Below are positions 10,540-23,087 of a stretch of DNA of 64,000 nt, in pieces. Numbering within the stretch: position 1 is the stretch's first letter; each line of letters starts with the position of its first letter. Under the pieces are notes generated by a model. That model was not told the origin of the DNA and searched no databases. It was given only the letters and a program-made list of their open reading frames with translations. The translations under genes were made by a program, and so were the position numbers. Source of the stretch: an uncultured Clostridia bacterium (lineage in GTDB: Bacteria > Bacillota > Clostridia > Lachnospirales > Lachnospiraceae); NCBI GenBank assembly GCA_945992055.1, contig CAMFVG010000031.1, positions 11,057 through 75,056 of the forward strand, given 5' to 3'.

Positions 10540-11022
10540 ATGAGAAAACAAATCTTAAAGTACATCGAAAAGAAGAGTAAAGTAGATTTAAAAGAATTGG
10601 CTGTTTTATTGGGAACAGATGAAGTGACCATTGCAAATGAAATTGCAGAAATGGAAAAACAGAAAATCATTTGTGGATATCATACATTGATTGACTGGGA
10701 TAAAGCGGGCGTGGAATTGGTGACAGCATTGATTGAAGTGCGAGTAACACCACAGAGAAATCAGGGATTTGATAGAATCGCAGAACGTATTTATAACTAT
10801 CCGGAAGTGAATGCTGTGTATTTGATTTCCGGAGGGTATGATTTGCTTGTCACTTTGGAAGGAAAAACTTTAAAGGAAGTGTCTCAATTTGTTTCAGAAA
10901 AATTGTCTCCGGTTGAATCAGTTATCAGTACTGCGACACATTTTATTTTAAAGAAATATAAAGACCACGGAACGGTTCTGGTGAAGAAGTCTGGTTCGGA
11001 AAGGATGCCGGTGACATTATAA
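10540..11022 (+). CDS. Lrp/AsnC family transcriptional regulator
   Basis: N-terminal HTH; ISGGYDL RAM-domain motif. Confidence 0.9.
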   Translation: MRKQILKYIEKKSKVDLKELAVLLGTDEVTIANEIAEMEKQKIICGYHTLIDWDKAGVELVTALIEVRVTPQRNQGFDRIAERIYNYPEVNAVYLISGGYDLLVTLEGKTLKEVSQFVSEKLSPVESVISTATHFILKKYKDHGTVLVKKSGSERMPVTL

Positions 11023-12194
11023 TGAGAAATCCATTATCAAAAAAAGTGACAGACATACAACCATCTGGTATTCGTAAATTTTTTGATATCGTGAGTGAAA
11101 TGCCGGATGCCATTTCCTTGGGTGTAGGGGAGCCGGATTTTGATACCCCGTGGCGCATTCGGGAAGAAGGAATCTATTCATTGGAGAGAGGAAAAACTTT
11201 TTACACCTCCAATTCCGGTCTTAAAGAATTAAAAACAGAAATTTGCAAATACTTAAATCGAAAAGTAGATGTAAAGTATGATTATCAAAATGAAGTGATT
11301 GTTACGGTGGGAGGAAGTGAAGGAATTGACATTGCACTTCGTGCCATGTTAGATGCGGGCGATGAAGTATTGATTCCACAACCGTGTTACGTCTCATATC
11401 TTCCGTGTACCATATTGGCAGACGGTGTTCCGGTGACCATTCCGTTACAGGAAAAAAATGAGTTCAAGCTGACGGCAGAGGAACTGGAAGCTGCGATCAC
11501 ACCGAAGACCAAGGTTTTGATTATGCCGTTTCCAAACAATCCTACTGGTTCTATCATGACAAAGGAAGACTTGGAGCCGATTGTTGAGATTGTAAAAAAA
11601 TATGATTTATTCGTGATTTCAGACGAAATATATTCGGAACTAAGCTATCAGGGAGACCATGTGTCGATTGCAAGTTTTGAAGGAATGAAAGAGAGGACCA
11701 TTTTAATCAATGGATTCTCAAAAGGATTTGCGATGACGGGATGGAGACTGGGGTATGCGTGTGGTCCAAAGGAAATCATTGAGCAGATGATAAAAATCCA
11801 TCAATTTGCGATTATGTGTGCACCAACGAATAGCCAGTACGCAGCGGTAGAAGCTTTGCGAAATTGCGAAGAAGAAGTGCAGGAGATGCGAGAGTCTTAC
11901 AATCAAAGAAGGCGTTTTTTGATGCATGAGTTCCAAAGAATGGGCTTGCAATGCTTTGAGCCGTTTGGAGCATTTTATGTATTTCCATCCATCCAAGAGT
12001 TCGGAATGACATCAGAAGAATTTGCAATGCGTTTTCTGGAGGAAGAAAAAGTAGCGGTTGTTCCGGGAACTGCGTTTGGAGATTGTGGAGAAGGATTCCT
12101 TCGAATTTCCTATGCATATTCTATTGATGATTTGAAAGAAGCTCTGGGACGATTAGAAAAATTTGTAAACCGCTTGAGGAGTGAAAGATGTTAA
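11022..12194 (+). CDS. Class I/II PLP-dependent aminotransferase
   Basis: SLGVGEPDF, PNNPTG, SDEIY, FSKGFAMTGWRLG motifs. Confidence 0.93.
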   Translation: MRNPLSKKVTDIQPSGIRKFFDIVSEMPDAISLGVGEPDFDTPWRIREEGIYSLERGKTFYTSNSGLKELKTEICKYLNRKVDVKYDYQNEVIVTVGGSEGIDIALRAMLDAGDEVLIPQPCYVSYLPCTILADGVPVTIPLQEKNEFKLTAEELEAAITPKTKVLIMPFPNNPTGSIMTKEDLEPIVEIVKKYDLFVISDEIYSELSYQGDHVSIASFEGMKERTILINGFSKGFAMTGWRLGYACGPKEIIEQMIKIHQFAIMCAPTNSQYAAVEALRNCEEEVQEMRESYNQRRRFLMHEFQRMGLQCFEPFGAFYVFPSIQEFGMTSEEFAMRFLEEEKVAVVPGTAFGDCGEGFLRISYAYSIDDLKEALGRLEKFVNRLRSERC

Positions 12195-12691
12195 ATATCG
12201 TATTGTTTGAACCGGAAATACCGGCAAATACGGGAAATATAGGAAGAACATGTGTGGCTACGAATACCAGATTACACTTAATTGAACCTTTGGGATTCAG
12301 ACTGGATGAAAAGTCTTTAAAGAGAGCAGGCATGGATTATTGGAAGGATTTAGATGTCACTACATACATTGATTTTGATGAATTTTTAGAGAAAAATCCG
12401 AATGCCAAAATTTACATGGCGACAACCAAGGCTCCGAACGTGTACACTGATATATCGTACGAACCGGATTGTTATATCATGTTCGGGAAAGAGAGCGCCG
12501 GCATTCCGGAAGAGATTTTAGTGAACCATAAAGAGGAAAGTATTCGTATTCCAATGAGTGGAGAGATTCGTTCCTTAAATTTGTCGAATTCAGTGGCAAT
12601 TGTTTTGTATGAAGCATTGAGACAGAACAATTTTGAAAATATGACAAAGGAAGGTCATTTGCATCGTTTGGAGTGGAAGAATGAAAAATAG
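12188..12691 (+). CDS. trmL: tRNA (cytidine/uridine(34)-2'-O)-methyltransferase
   Basis: PEIPANTGNIGRTC, RAGMDYW, FGKESAG, RSLNLSNS SPOUT motifs. Confidence 0.93.
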   Translation: MLNIVLFEPEIPANTGNIGRTCVATNTRLHLIEPLGFRLDEKSLKRAGMDYWKDLDVTTYIDFDEFLEKNPNAKIYMATTKAPNVYTDISYEPDCYIMFGKESAGIPEEILVNHKEESIRIPMSGEIRSLNLSNSVAIVLYEALRQNNFENMTKEGHLHRLEWKNEK

Positions 12692-12917
12692 AAACATTGT
12701 AGTTCAAACCTTGTCTTTGATATCCCAACTGGGAATTAGCATGGTGGTTCCTATTCTCTTGTGTACGGTATTAGGTGTATGGTTGGAAAAAAAGATGACA
12801 GTTCCACTGACCATTCCACTAATCGTTCTGGGAGTTTTGGCGGGAGCTCGCAATGTATATGTAATATTGCGCCATGCAAAGAACATGATAGAGTCGGAGA
12901 AAAGCGAAGAAGAATGA
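12681..12917 (+). CDS. AtpZ/AtpI family protein (ATPase gene 1)
   Basis: SQLGISMVVP, two TM helices, first gene of atp operon. Confidence 0.8.
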   Translation: MKNRNIVVQTLSLISQLGISMVVPILLCTVLGVWLEKKMTVPLTIPLIVLGVLAGARNVYVILRHAKNMIESEKSEEE

Positions 12918-13312
12918 AAAAAGATGATACATTAAATGAATTACTTGTGGGAATCCTATTTTTTGGAATAGTTTTTCAAATCATTTGTGTCTTTGTCGGA
13001 GGAAAAATTTTATATAATGCAATCGGCCTGTGGACAGGTATTGCGATTGCGTGTTTCATGGCAATTCATATGAAACGTTCCATAGAGGATGCATTGGAAT
13101 TCGGACCGGAAGGAGCCGAAAAGCATGCTCGAAACGCCTATCTGACACGCACTTTGGTAACGCTATTCGTTATAGGAATTGTAATTTATTTTAAATTGGG
13201 AAATCCGATTTTAATTATAATCGGTATTTTCCCATTGAAATTATCCGCTTACTTACAACCGCATATACACAAAGTATTTCTGTGGTTTTATGAGCAAAAA
13301 AATAAAATGTAA
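12914..13312 (+). CDS. atpI: ATP synthase subunit I-like membrane protein
   Basis: ATG overlaps upstream stop (ATGA); four TM helices; directly before atpB. Confidence 0.75.
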   Translation: MKKDDTLNELLVGILFFGIVFQIICVFVGGKILYNAIGLWTGIAIACFMAIHMKRSIEDALEFGPEGAEKHARNAYLTRTLVTLFVIGIVIYFKLGNPILIIIGIFPLKLSAYLQPHIHKVFLWFYEQKNKM

Positions 13313-13335
13313 TTGAGGAAAGGGGGCTTGGAAAG

Positions 13336-14040
13336 ATGGCAGGTATTTTAGCAGCGGATGCCGATTTTATGATACACAGCCTTAAGAAATTACAGATTTT
13401 AGGTCAAGAAGTGTATCTTACTACCACTCATGTGAGTTTGCTGATTGTCTGCGTGGGATTGATTGTATTTGCACTGATTGTGCGGATGACATTAAAAGAC
13501 ACGGAAAAGCCAAGTGGCTTACAAAATGCAGTGGAGTTAATTGTAGAAACGTTGGATGGTATGGTAAAAAGTTCCATGGGCAAACATGCTACGCGATATC
13601 GGAATTATATCGGCACATTATTCCTGTTTCTTTTAATCAGCAACATTTCCGGCTTGGTGGGATTGCGACCGCCAACAGCGGACTATGGAGTGACATTTCC
13701 ACTGGGGATTATTACATTTATTTTGATACAGTACAATAATATCCGTTGGAACAAGTTCGGAGCTTTTACCGATTTGTTTAAACCGATACCGGTGCTATTT
13801 CCCATAAATCTCATTGGGGAAATTGCAGTACCGTTTTCTTTGTCTTTACGTTTGTTTGGGAATGTAGTATCGGGAACGGTAATCATGGCACTGATTTATG
13901 GGCTGCTTAGCAAATTTGCGTTTCTTTGGCCCGGAGCCTTACATGCGTATTTTGATATCTTCTCAGGAGCAATTCAAACGTATGTATTCTGTATGCTAAC
14001 AATGGTATTTATTACACAAAAAATACCGGAAGATAATTAA
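13336..14040 (+). CDS. atpB: F0 ATP synthase subunit a
   Basis: PPTAD and SLSLRLFGN with the essential Arg; IQTYVF. Confidence 0.95.
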   Translation: MAGILAADADFMIHSLKKLQILGQEVYLTTTHVSLLIVCVGLIVFALIVRMTLKDTEKPSGLQNAVELIVETLDGMVKSSMGKHATRYRNYIGTLFLFLLISNISGLVGLRPPTADYGVTFPLGIITFILIQYNNIRWNKFGAFTDLFKPIPVLFPINLIGEIAVPFSLSLRLFGNVVSGTVIMALIYGLLSKFAFLWPGALHAYFDIFSGAIQTYVFCMLTMVFITQKIPEDN

Positions 14041-14052
14041 AGAAGATTTTAG

Positions 14053-14331
<279 letters not shown>

Positions 14332-14347
14332 GAAGGGGATTTGAACC

Positions 14348-14866
14348 TTGGAAGGACGCTTATTTACACTGGATGCGCAGTTTCTTTTTGATGCGATTGT
14401 CCTTGCGCTTAGCATGTTAGTGTTGTTTACCGCATTGTCATATCTTCTGTTTAATCCTGTGCGGGATTTGTTGGAGAAACGGAAACAACGTGTGGCTGAA
14501 GAGCAAGCCGCTGCAAAGCGTGAGCGAGAGGAAGCGACTGCGTATAAAGAAGAATATGATAGCAAACTAAAGGCAGTGGATGAGGAAGCAGAAACAATCC
14601 TAAGTGAAGCGCGCAGGAAGGCCATGAAAAATGAAAATAAGATTGTTTCTGAAGCAAGAGAGGAAGCTGCCCGTATTATAACCCGTGCAAATGCAGAGGT
14701 TGAGTTGGAAAAGAAACAAGCGCTAGATGATATGAAGCAGGAAATGATTGCGATTGCTTCTATGATGGCGGAAAAAATAGTGGCAAATTCCATTGATGCA
14801 GATGCGCAGGAAAGCCTTATTGAAGATACCTTAAAAGAAATGGGTGAGGATACATGGCAAAGTTAG
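14348..14866 (+). CDS. atpF: F0 ATP synthase subunit b
   Basis: TTG start; N-terminal TM followed by a long charged helix. Confidence 0.93.
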   Translation: MEGRLFTLDAQFLFDAIVLALSMLVLFTALSYLLFNPVRDLLEKRKQRVAEEQAAAKREREEATAYKEEYDSKLKAVDEEAETILSEARRKAMKNENKIVSEAREEAARIITRANAEVELEKKQALDDMKQEMIAIASMMAEKIVANSIDADAQESLIEDTLKEMGEDTWQS

Positions 14867-15399
14867 TTTCTAAAACATATGGGGATGCTTTGTTTGCTGT
14901 TGCGTCGGAAGAAAAACGCATGGATGAGTTTTATGAAGCGGCGCAAGCAGCAGGACAGATTCTTCGCACAAATGAAGAGTTTGAGAAATTAATGAATCAT
15001 CCGGAGATTATAAAAGACAGTAAAATTGAGATGGTGGAGCAAATATTTGGCCCGACACTTCCGAAAGAGATGGTAGGACTTATGAACCTAATGATATCAA
15101 AAGGACGTGCGGGAGAAATTCTATCTGTGTTTGACTATTTTGTTGCTCTTGTAAAAGAAGAAAAAAAGATTGGACAAGCTAGTGTCACAACAGCGGTGGC
15201 GTTGAGTGATATACAGAAAGAAAAGGTGGAGAAAAAACTGTTGGAAACAACCAAATATGAAACCTTTGAGATGCATTATTGTGTAGATGAAACGCTAATC
15301 GGCGGAATGGTAATTCGCATAGGAGACCGTGTGGTGGACAGTAGTATCAGGACAAAATTGAATGATTTATCAAGACAATTACGAAACATTCAGGTGTAA
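14854..15399 (+). CDS. atpH: F1 ATP synthase subunit delta
   Basis: YGDALF N-terminus; LIGGMVIRIGDRVVDSS. Confidence 0.94.
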   Translation: MAKLVSKTYGDALFAVASEEKRMDEFYEAAQAAGQILRTNEEFEKLMNHPEIIKDSKIEMVEQIFGPTLPKEMVGLMNLMISKGRAGEILSVFDYFVALVKEEKKIGQASVTTAVALSDIQKEKVEKKLLETTKYETFEMHYCVDETLIGGMVIRIGDRVVDSSIRTKLNDLSRQLRNIQV

Positions 15400-15404
15400 A
15401 ATAA

Positions 15405-16928
<1,524 letters not shown>

Positions 16929-16959
16929 GTTTTGTGTTCTATGAGAAAGGAGAATTATC

Positions 16960-17808
16960 ATGGCAACAATGAGAGAAATTAAGAGACGCCGCGGTAGTAT
17001 CCAGAGTACGCAACAGATTACGAAAGCAATGAAGCTTGTTTCTACTGTCAAACTACAAAGAGCGCGAATGCGCGCAGAAAATGCGAAGGCGTATTTTCAG
17101 TATATGTATCAAACAATTACTTCGATTCTGTCGAAAGCAGGTACTGTGAATCACCCATATGTGCAGGGGAATACATCTGACCGAGTGGGGATTGTGACGG
17201 TTGCTTCCAATCGTGGGTTAGCCGGAGGGTACAATGCCAATATTGTCAGGTTGATTACGGAAAGCGGATTCGAGAAAGAGAAAGTGCGTCTTTATACGGT
17301 GGGGAAGAAAGGTGCTGACGGATTGGCGAGAAAAGGTTATGAAATTGTTTCGGACTCTTCCCATGCAATAGAGGAGCCTACATTTCATGATGCCAAAGAA
17401 TTGGGTGAGCGGTTATTACAAGATTTTGCAAATGGTGAGATCGGTGAAATCTATGTTGCATATACAGAGTTTAAAAATACGGTGAGTCACATTCCGAAAA
17501 TGGTTAAGCTGTTACCTGTCGAAGCGACAGAGATGAATGATGGGCCGATTACACTTATGAATTTTGAGCCTAGCGAAGAAGAAGCCATATCGCTTCTTGT
17601 TCCAAAGTATGTGACCAGTATTTTATATGGTGCGTTCGTAGAGGCAGTGGCGAGTGAAAACGGTGCGCGTATGCAGGCGATGGATTCTGCAACAAATAAT
17701 GCAGAAGAAATTATGAATGATTTGGAATTGAAATATAATAGAGCTCGACAGGGAGCAATCACACAAGAATTAACAGAAATTATAGCCGGAGCAGAAGCTA
17801 TCGGATAG
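16960..17808 (+). CDS. atpG: F1 ATP synthase subunit gamma
   Basis: QITKAMKLV, RGLAGGYN, NRARQGAITQELTEI. Confidence 0.97.
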   Translation: MATMREIKRRRGSIQSTQQITKAMKLVSTVKLQRARMRAENAKAYFQYMYQTITSILSKAGTVNHPYVQGNTSDRVGIVTVASNRGLAGGYNANIVRLITESGFEKEKVRLYTVGKKGADGLARKGYEIVSDSSHAIEEPTFHDAKELGERLLQDFANGEIGEIYVAYTEFKNTVSHIPKMVKLLPVEATEMNDGPITLMNFEPSEEEAISLLVPKYVTSILYGAFVEAVASENGARMQAMDSATNNAEEIMNDLELKYNRARQGAITQELTEIIAGAEAIG

Positions 17809-19212
<1,404 letters not shown>

Positions 19213-19223
19213 AGGTAGAGCTT

Positions 19224-19613
19224 ATGAATATTAAAATTATAAAACCGGATGGAGAATTTTTTGACGGGAACGGAAACTTTCTCGAATTTACAGCGGTAAC
19301 CGGTAGAATGGGTGTCTATGACAATCATATTCCGCTCACCACTATTTTGGAGCCTTGCGTTGTGAAAATTCATCATGGAGAGGTTGTAAAAAAAGCAGCA
19401 GTTCTGGGTGGGTTTATTGAAATTCAGAAAGATCGGATTATCATACTTGCAGAAGATGCAAACTGGCCGGAAGACATTGATGTGGCACGTGCAAATGCTG
19501 CGAAGGAACGCGCACAGGCGCGATTAGATAAAAAAGAATCCGGAACAGATTTGGTACGTGCGGAAGCGGCATTAAAAAGAGCAATGGCACGAATATCTGC
19601 AGCAGGAAAATAG
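19224..19613 (+). CDS. atpC: F1 ATP synthase subunit epsilon
   Basis: GRMGVYDNHIP, GGFIE, C-terminal helical hairpin; last gene of operon. Confidence 0.93.
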   Translation: MNIKIIKPDGEFFDGNGNFLEFTAVTGRMGVYDNHIPLTTILEPCVVKIHHGEVVKKAAVLGGFIEIQKDRIIILAEDANWPEDIDVARANAAKERAQARLDKKESGTDLVRAEAALKRAMARISAAGK

Positions 19614-19676
19614 AAACCAAACGAATCCCATTTGCATACTATATATTACAGTGTATGTAGATGGGAAGTGTTTGTT

Positions 19677-20066
19677 ATGGAGTATCGTTTGCCTTATTAC
19701 ATGGCATATCCTATGCCTTTACAATATGATGATGAACGTGTGGAACGTCGTGATTATGAATATATGCAGAGTATGTACCCAATGGCGGTCAAAAGAATTT
19801 TACCGTATGTGGAAGAAGAATGCGACAGAATGTCATATGAGGGTAGTATGATTTATGATGAATATCCGGATCAACTGCAGATTTATATGATGTGTAATCG
19901 CGTATATGAAAAAGTGAAAAAGCAGAAGCTAAAGGATGATGTGGAAATGGAAATGCAAGTTTCCGACCATGATGAATGGCTGAAAAATTTGGTGCAGATT
20001 ATGCTTTTTCAAGAATTATTCCGTCGCCGCAATAATCATAGAAGAAGCAGACGGAGATTCTATTGA
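19677..20066 (+). CDS. Conserved hypothetical Tyr/Met-rich protein with Arg-rich tail
   Basis: YMQSMYP...EECDRMSYEGSMIYDEYPD motif; ATG at 19677. Confidence 0.7.
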   Translation: MEYRLPYYMAYPMPLQYDDERVERRDYEYMQSMYPMAVKRILPYVEEECDRMSYEGSMIYDEYPDQLQIYMMCNRVYEKVKKQKLKDDVEMEMQVSDHDEWLKNLVQIMLFQELFRRRNNHRRSRRRFY

Positions 20067-20089
20067 TATAGAAGAAAGATGGTATACAT

Positions 20090-20596
20090 ATGAAAAATAT
20101 TATTTTAATTGGTATGCCGGCAGTGGGAAAAAGCACCGTAGGTGTTGTCATCGCCAAACGGCTTGGTTACGAATTTGTTGATACAGATTTGTTGATCCAG
20201 AAGCAGGAAAAAAAGTTGTTGAAAGACATTATTGCCCATGAGGGTATGGAAAAATTCCTGGCTATCGAGAACCAAGTGAATCGAGATTTGGATGTAGAAC
20301 GTACAGTAATATCCCCCGGCGGTAGCGTTGTGTATTGCGAAGAAGCAATGAGACATTACAAAAAAATAGGAACGATCATTTATTTGCATGCTCCGTTTGA
20401 GGATATTCAAAAAAGGATTGAAAATGCCCGCAATCGCGGAGTTGTGTTGCGAAACGGGCAAACGCTGAAAGATATATATGATGAGCGCAGTAAGTTGTTT
20501 GAAAAGTATGCAGATTATACGATTTCGGAGACGGGAATCGGGTTGGACGAAACAATTGACAAGGTACTGGAACTACTTGAAAAAATAGGAGGTTAA
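20090..20596 (+). CDS. aroK: Shikimate kinase
   Basis: GMPAVGKST P-loop, DTD, GGS. Confidence 0.88.
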   Translation: MKNIILIGMPAVGKSTVGVVIAKRLGYEFVDTDLLIQKQEKKLLKDIIAHEGMEKFLAIENQVNRDLDVERTVISPGGSVVYCEEAMRHYKKIGTIIYLHAPFEDIQKRIENARNRGVVLRNGQTLKDIYDERSKLFEKYADYTISETGIGLDETIDKVLELLEKIGG

Positions 20597-20611
20597 CAAA
20601 CCTCCTATTTT
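20583..20611 (+). terminator. Terminator overlapping the aroK stop codon
   Basis: AATAGGAGGTT/AACCTCCTATT hairpin followed by Ts. Confidence 0.55.
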
Positions 20612-20662
20612 GTGTTATAATACTCGGTGGAGTATAAATCAAAACCATAACAGAGGTGTGAA

Positions 20663-21955
20663 ATGGAACAATATATAATCAAGGGCGGACATCCACTTGT
20701 GGGAGAAGTTGAAATTGGTGGAGCCAAAAATGCAGCGTTGGCGATTCTGGCAGCTGCGACTATGGCTGATGAAACAGTTACGATTGATAACCTTCCGGAT
20801 GTAAACGACATAAATGTGTTGTTAGAAGCGATTAGTGGCATAGGTGCTACTGTACAGCGCGTGGATAGACATACCGTGCGTATTAATGGCTCTACGATTG
20901 GTGATTTAAGTATAGAGTATGATTATATTAAAAAAATCCGAGCATCGTATTATTTATTAGGTGCCTTGCTTGGGAAATATCATAAAGCAGAGGTAGCCCT
21001 TCCTGGCGGGTGTAATATCGGCAGCAGACCGATTGACCAGCATCTGAAGGGATTCCGTGCATTAGGTGCAGAGATTGATATTGAGCATGGAAAGATTTCT
21101 GCAGAGGCAGAAACATTGAAAGGAACGCATCTGTATTTTGACGTAGTAAGTGTTGGAGCTACCATCAACGTTATGATGGCAGCTGCTATGGCAGAGGGTC
21201 AGACGATTATGGAGAACGTGGCAAAAGAGCCACATGTTGTAGACGTTGCCAACTTCTTAAACAGTATGGGGGCTAATATCAAGGGTGCCGGTACGGATGT
21301 CATTAAGATTAAGGGAGTTCAGCGTCTTCATAAGACAGAATATCCGATTATTCCGGATCAGATCGAAGCGGGAACATTTATGTTTGCTGCAGCTGCAACA
21401 AAAGGGGATGTTACGGTTACCAATGTAATTCCAAAACATTTGGAAGCGACTGTTGCAAAACTGGTTGAGATTGGGTGCGAAGTAGAAGAGTTTGATGATG
21501 CAGTTCGTGTAGTTGCAAAGGATCGTTTGAGAAGTACGCATGTAAAAACACTTCCGTATCCTGGTTATCCGACAGATATGCAACCGCAAATCGGTGTTGT
21601 GTTGGCGTTGAGCCAGGGAACCAGTGTGATTACGGAAAGTATTTTTGAAAATAGATTTAAATATTTGGACGAATTAGCCCGTATGGGTGCGGTTGTAAAA
21701 ATCGAAGGAAACTCTGCTACCATTGAAGGGGTAGAAAAGTTTTCCGGAGCCAGAATCAGCGCACCGGATTTGCGAGCAGGTGCAGCACTTGTTATTGCAG
21801 GTTTGGCGACGGATGGAATTACAATTGTGGACGATATCGTTTATATTCAGCGTGGGTACGAAAGATTTGAAGAAAAACTTCGCTCATTAGGTGGCGTGAT
21901 TGAACGCGTATCCAGTGAAAAGGAAATTCAGAAGTTTAAATTAAAGGTAAGTTAG
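20663..21955 (+). CDS. murA: UDP-N-acetylglucosamine 1-carboxyvinyltransferase
   Basis: GAKNA, LPGGCNIGSRPIDQH (catalytic Cys), PTDMQ, DLRAG. Confidence 0.96.
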   Translation: MEQYIIKGGHPLVGEVEIGGAKNAALAILAAATMADETVTIDNLPDVNDINVLLEAISGIGATVQRVDRHTVRINGSTIGDLSIEYDYIKKIRASYYLLGALLGKYHKAEVALPGGCNIGSRPIDQHLKGFRALGAEIDIEHGKISAEAETLKGTHLYFDVVSVGATINVMMAAAMAEGQTIMENVAKEPHVVDVANFLNSMGANIKGAGTDVIKIKGVQRLHKTEYPIIPDQIEAGTFMFAAAATKGDVTVTNVIPKHLEATVAKLVEIGCEVEEFDDAVRVVAKDRLRSTHVKTLPYPGYPTDMQPQIGVVLALSQGTSVITESIFENRFKYLDELARMGAVVKIEGNSATIEGVEKFSGARISAPDLRAGAALVIAGLATDGITIVDDIVYIQRGYERFEEKLRSLGGVIERVSSEKEIQKFKLKVS

Positions 21956-21962
21956 ATGTAAA

Positions 21963-21999
21963 GCCCGCTACATAGCCATGTAGTGGGCACTTTTATTTT
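21963..21999 (+). terminator. Rho-independent terminator
   Basis: GCCCGCTACAT...ATGTAGTGGGC followed by T-rich tract. Confidence 0.65.
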
Positions 22000-22011
22000 G
22001 GAGCGTGCGAG

Positions 22012-22794
22012 ATGAGAAGAGGAAAGAGAAGAGTCTTTAGTAATATCATATTGATTGCTGCTGTTTTGGTATTTTTGTTTTCCGGATACAAACTATTCTC
22101 CATTTTTATGGAATATAGAAAAGGGGATAAAGAATACGAAAATCTACAGGAAACGGTAGTGGAGGAAGAGACCATAAAACAGGAGGAAGAGGAAGAAACG
22201 GCAGAAACAGTTGTTTTTACGGTGGATTTTGAAAAACTGAAAGAAATAAATTCCGAAACGGTGGCGTGGATACGTTTTGTAGAACCGTCTAAAATCAGCT
22301 ACCCGGTCGTGCAGACCCTCAATAATGACAAATACTTAAATACGACTTTTGAAGGAAAAAGGAATGCGTCCGGAGCCATTTTTATGGATGCCGCAAATGC
22401 CAATGATTTTTCGGACAGGAATACTTTTATCTATGGACATAATATGAAAAATGGTTCCATGTTTGCACAATTGAGAAAGTACAAGGATGCCGCATTTTGT
22501 CGGCAAAATCCATATTTTTATATCTACACTCCAGACGGGCTGGAGATTAAGTATGAGATCTTCGCGGTAGCAATTGTAGAACATGATGCAATCAACTATG
22601 AAAAGAACTTTGCAAATGACAATGAATATTTGACATATTTAAAGATTATCAGAGATACGGCACGCTATCGTGCGGGCGGTGAGTTGGATGCAGGTGCACA
22701 GATAGTGAGTCTTTCTACCTGCACCAATGTAACAGAAACACAGCGTCTTTTGGTTCATGGAGTCAAAAGAGAGCAGAAAGTATTGGGTGAGTAG
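22012..22794 (+). CDS. srtB: Class B sortase
   Basis: N-terminal TM; GAIFMD, IYGHNM, LSTC...R catalytic motifs. Confidence 0.9.
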   Translation: MRRGKRRVFSNIILIAAVLVFLFSGYKLFSIFMEYRKGDKEYENLQETVVEEETIKQEEEEETAETVVFTVDFEKLKEINSETVAWIRFVEPSKISYPVVQTLNNDKYLNTTFEGKRNASGAIFMDAANANDFSDRNTFIYGHNMKNGSMFAQLRKYKDAAFCRQNPYFYIYTPDGLEIKYEIFAVAIVEHDAINYEKNFANDNEYLTYLKIIRDTARYRAGGELDAGAQIVSLSTCTNVTETQRLLVHGVKREQKVLGE

Positions 22795-22796
22795 GT

Positions 22797-22994
22797 ATGG
22801 CATGGCAATATGAAGTGGGAGACATTGTAAAGATGAAGAAGAAACATCCGTGCGGAAGTTTCGAGTGGGAGATTTTGCGCGTGGGTGCAGATTTTCGATT
22901 GAAGTGCGTTGGATGTGGACACCAGATAATGATTGCTAGAAAGCTAGTGGAGAAAAACACGAAGGAATTGAGAAAACGAGAAGAAAAGCAATGA
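22797..22994 (+). CDS. DUF951 family protein
   Basis: MKKKHPCGS..W...RVGADFRLKC..C. Confidence 0.9.
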   Translation: MAWQYEVGDIVKMKKKHPCGSFEWEILRVGADFRLKCVGCGHQIMIARKLVEKNTKELRKREEKQ

Positions 22995-23000
22995 AGTCTA

Positions 23001-23029
23001 TTGCCTGATATTGGGAAAAGTGGTATGAT
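23001..23029 (+). promoter_or_regulatory. Putative SigA promoter of the 23088-31106 cassette
   Basis: TTGCCT, 17 nt spacer, extended -10 TG-G-TATGAT. Confidence 0.5.
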
Positions 23030-23087
23030 GTAGTGTGAATAGTGGGGTCGTGCCCTCATTTCGCTAACTTCGAAAAGGGGTGTAGGC

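Noticed and set aside
22432..22464. Near-identical DNA shared by the two sortase genes (AATATGAAAAATGGTTCCATGTTT, also near 55987)
   Set aside because: It encodes the conserved HNMKNGSMF catalytic motif, so paralogy explains it; not a mobile repeat.
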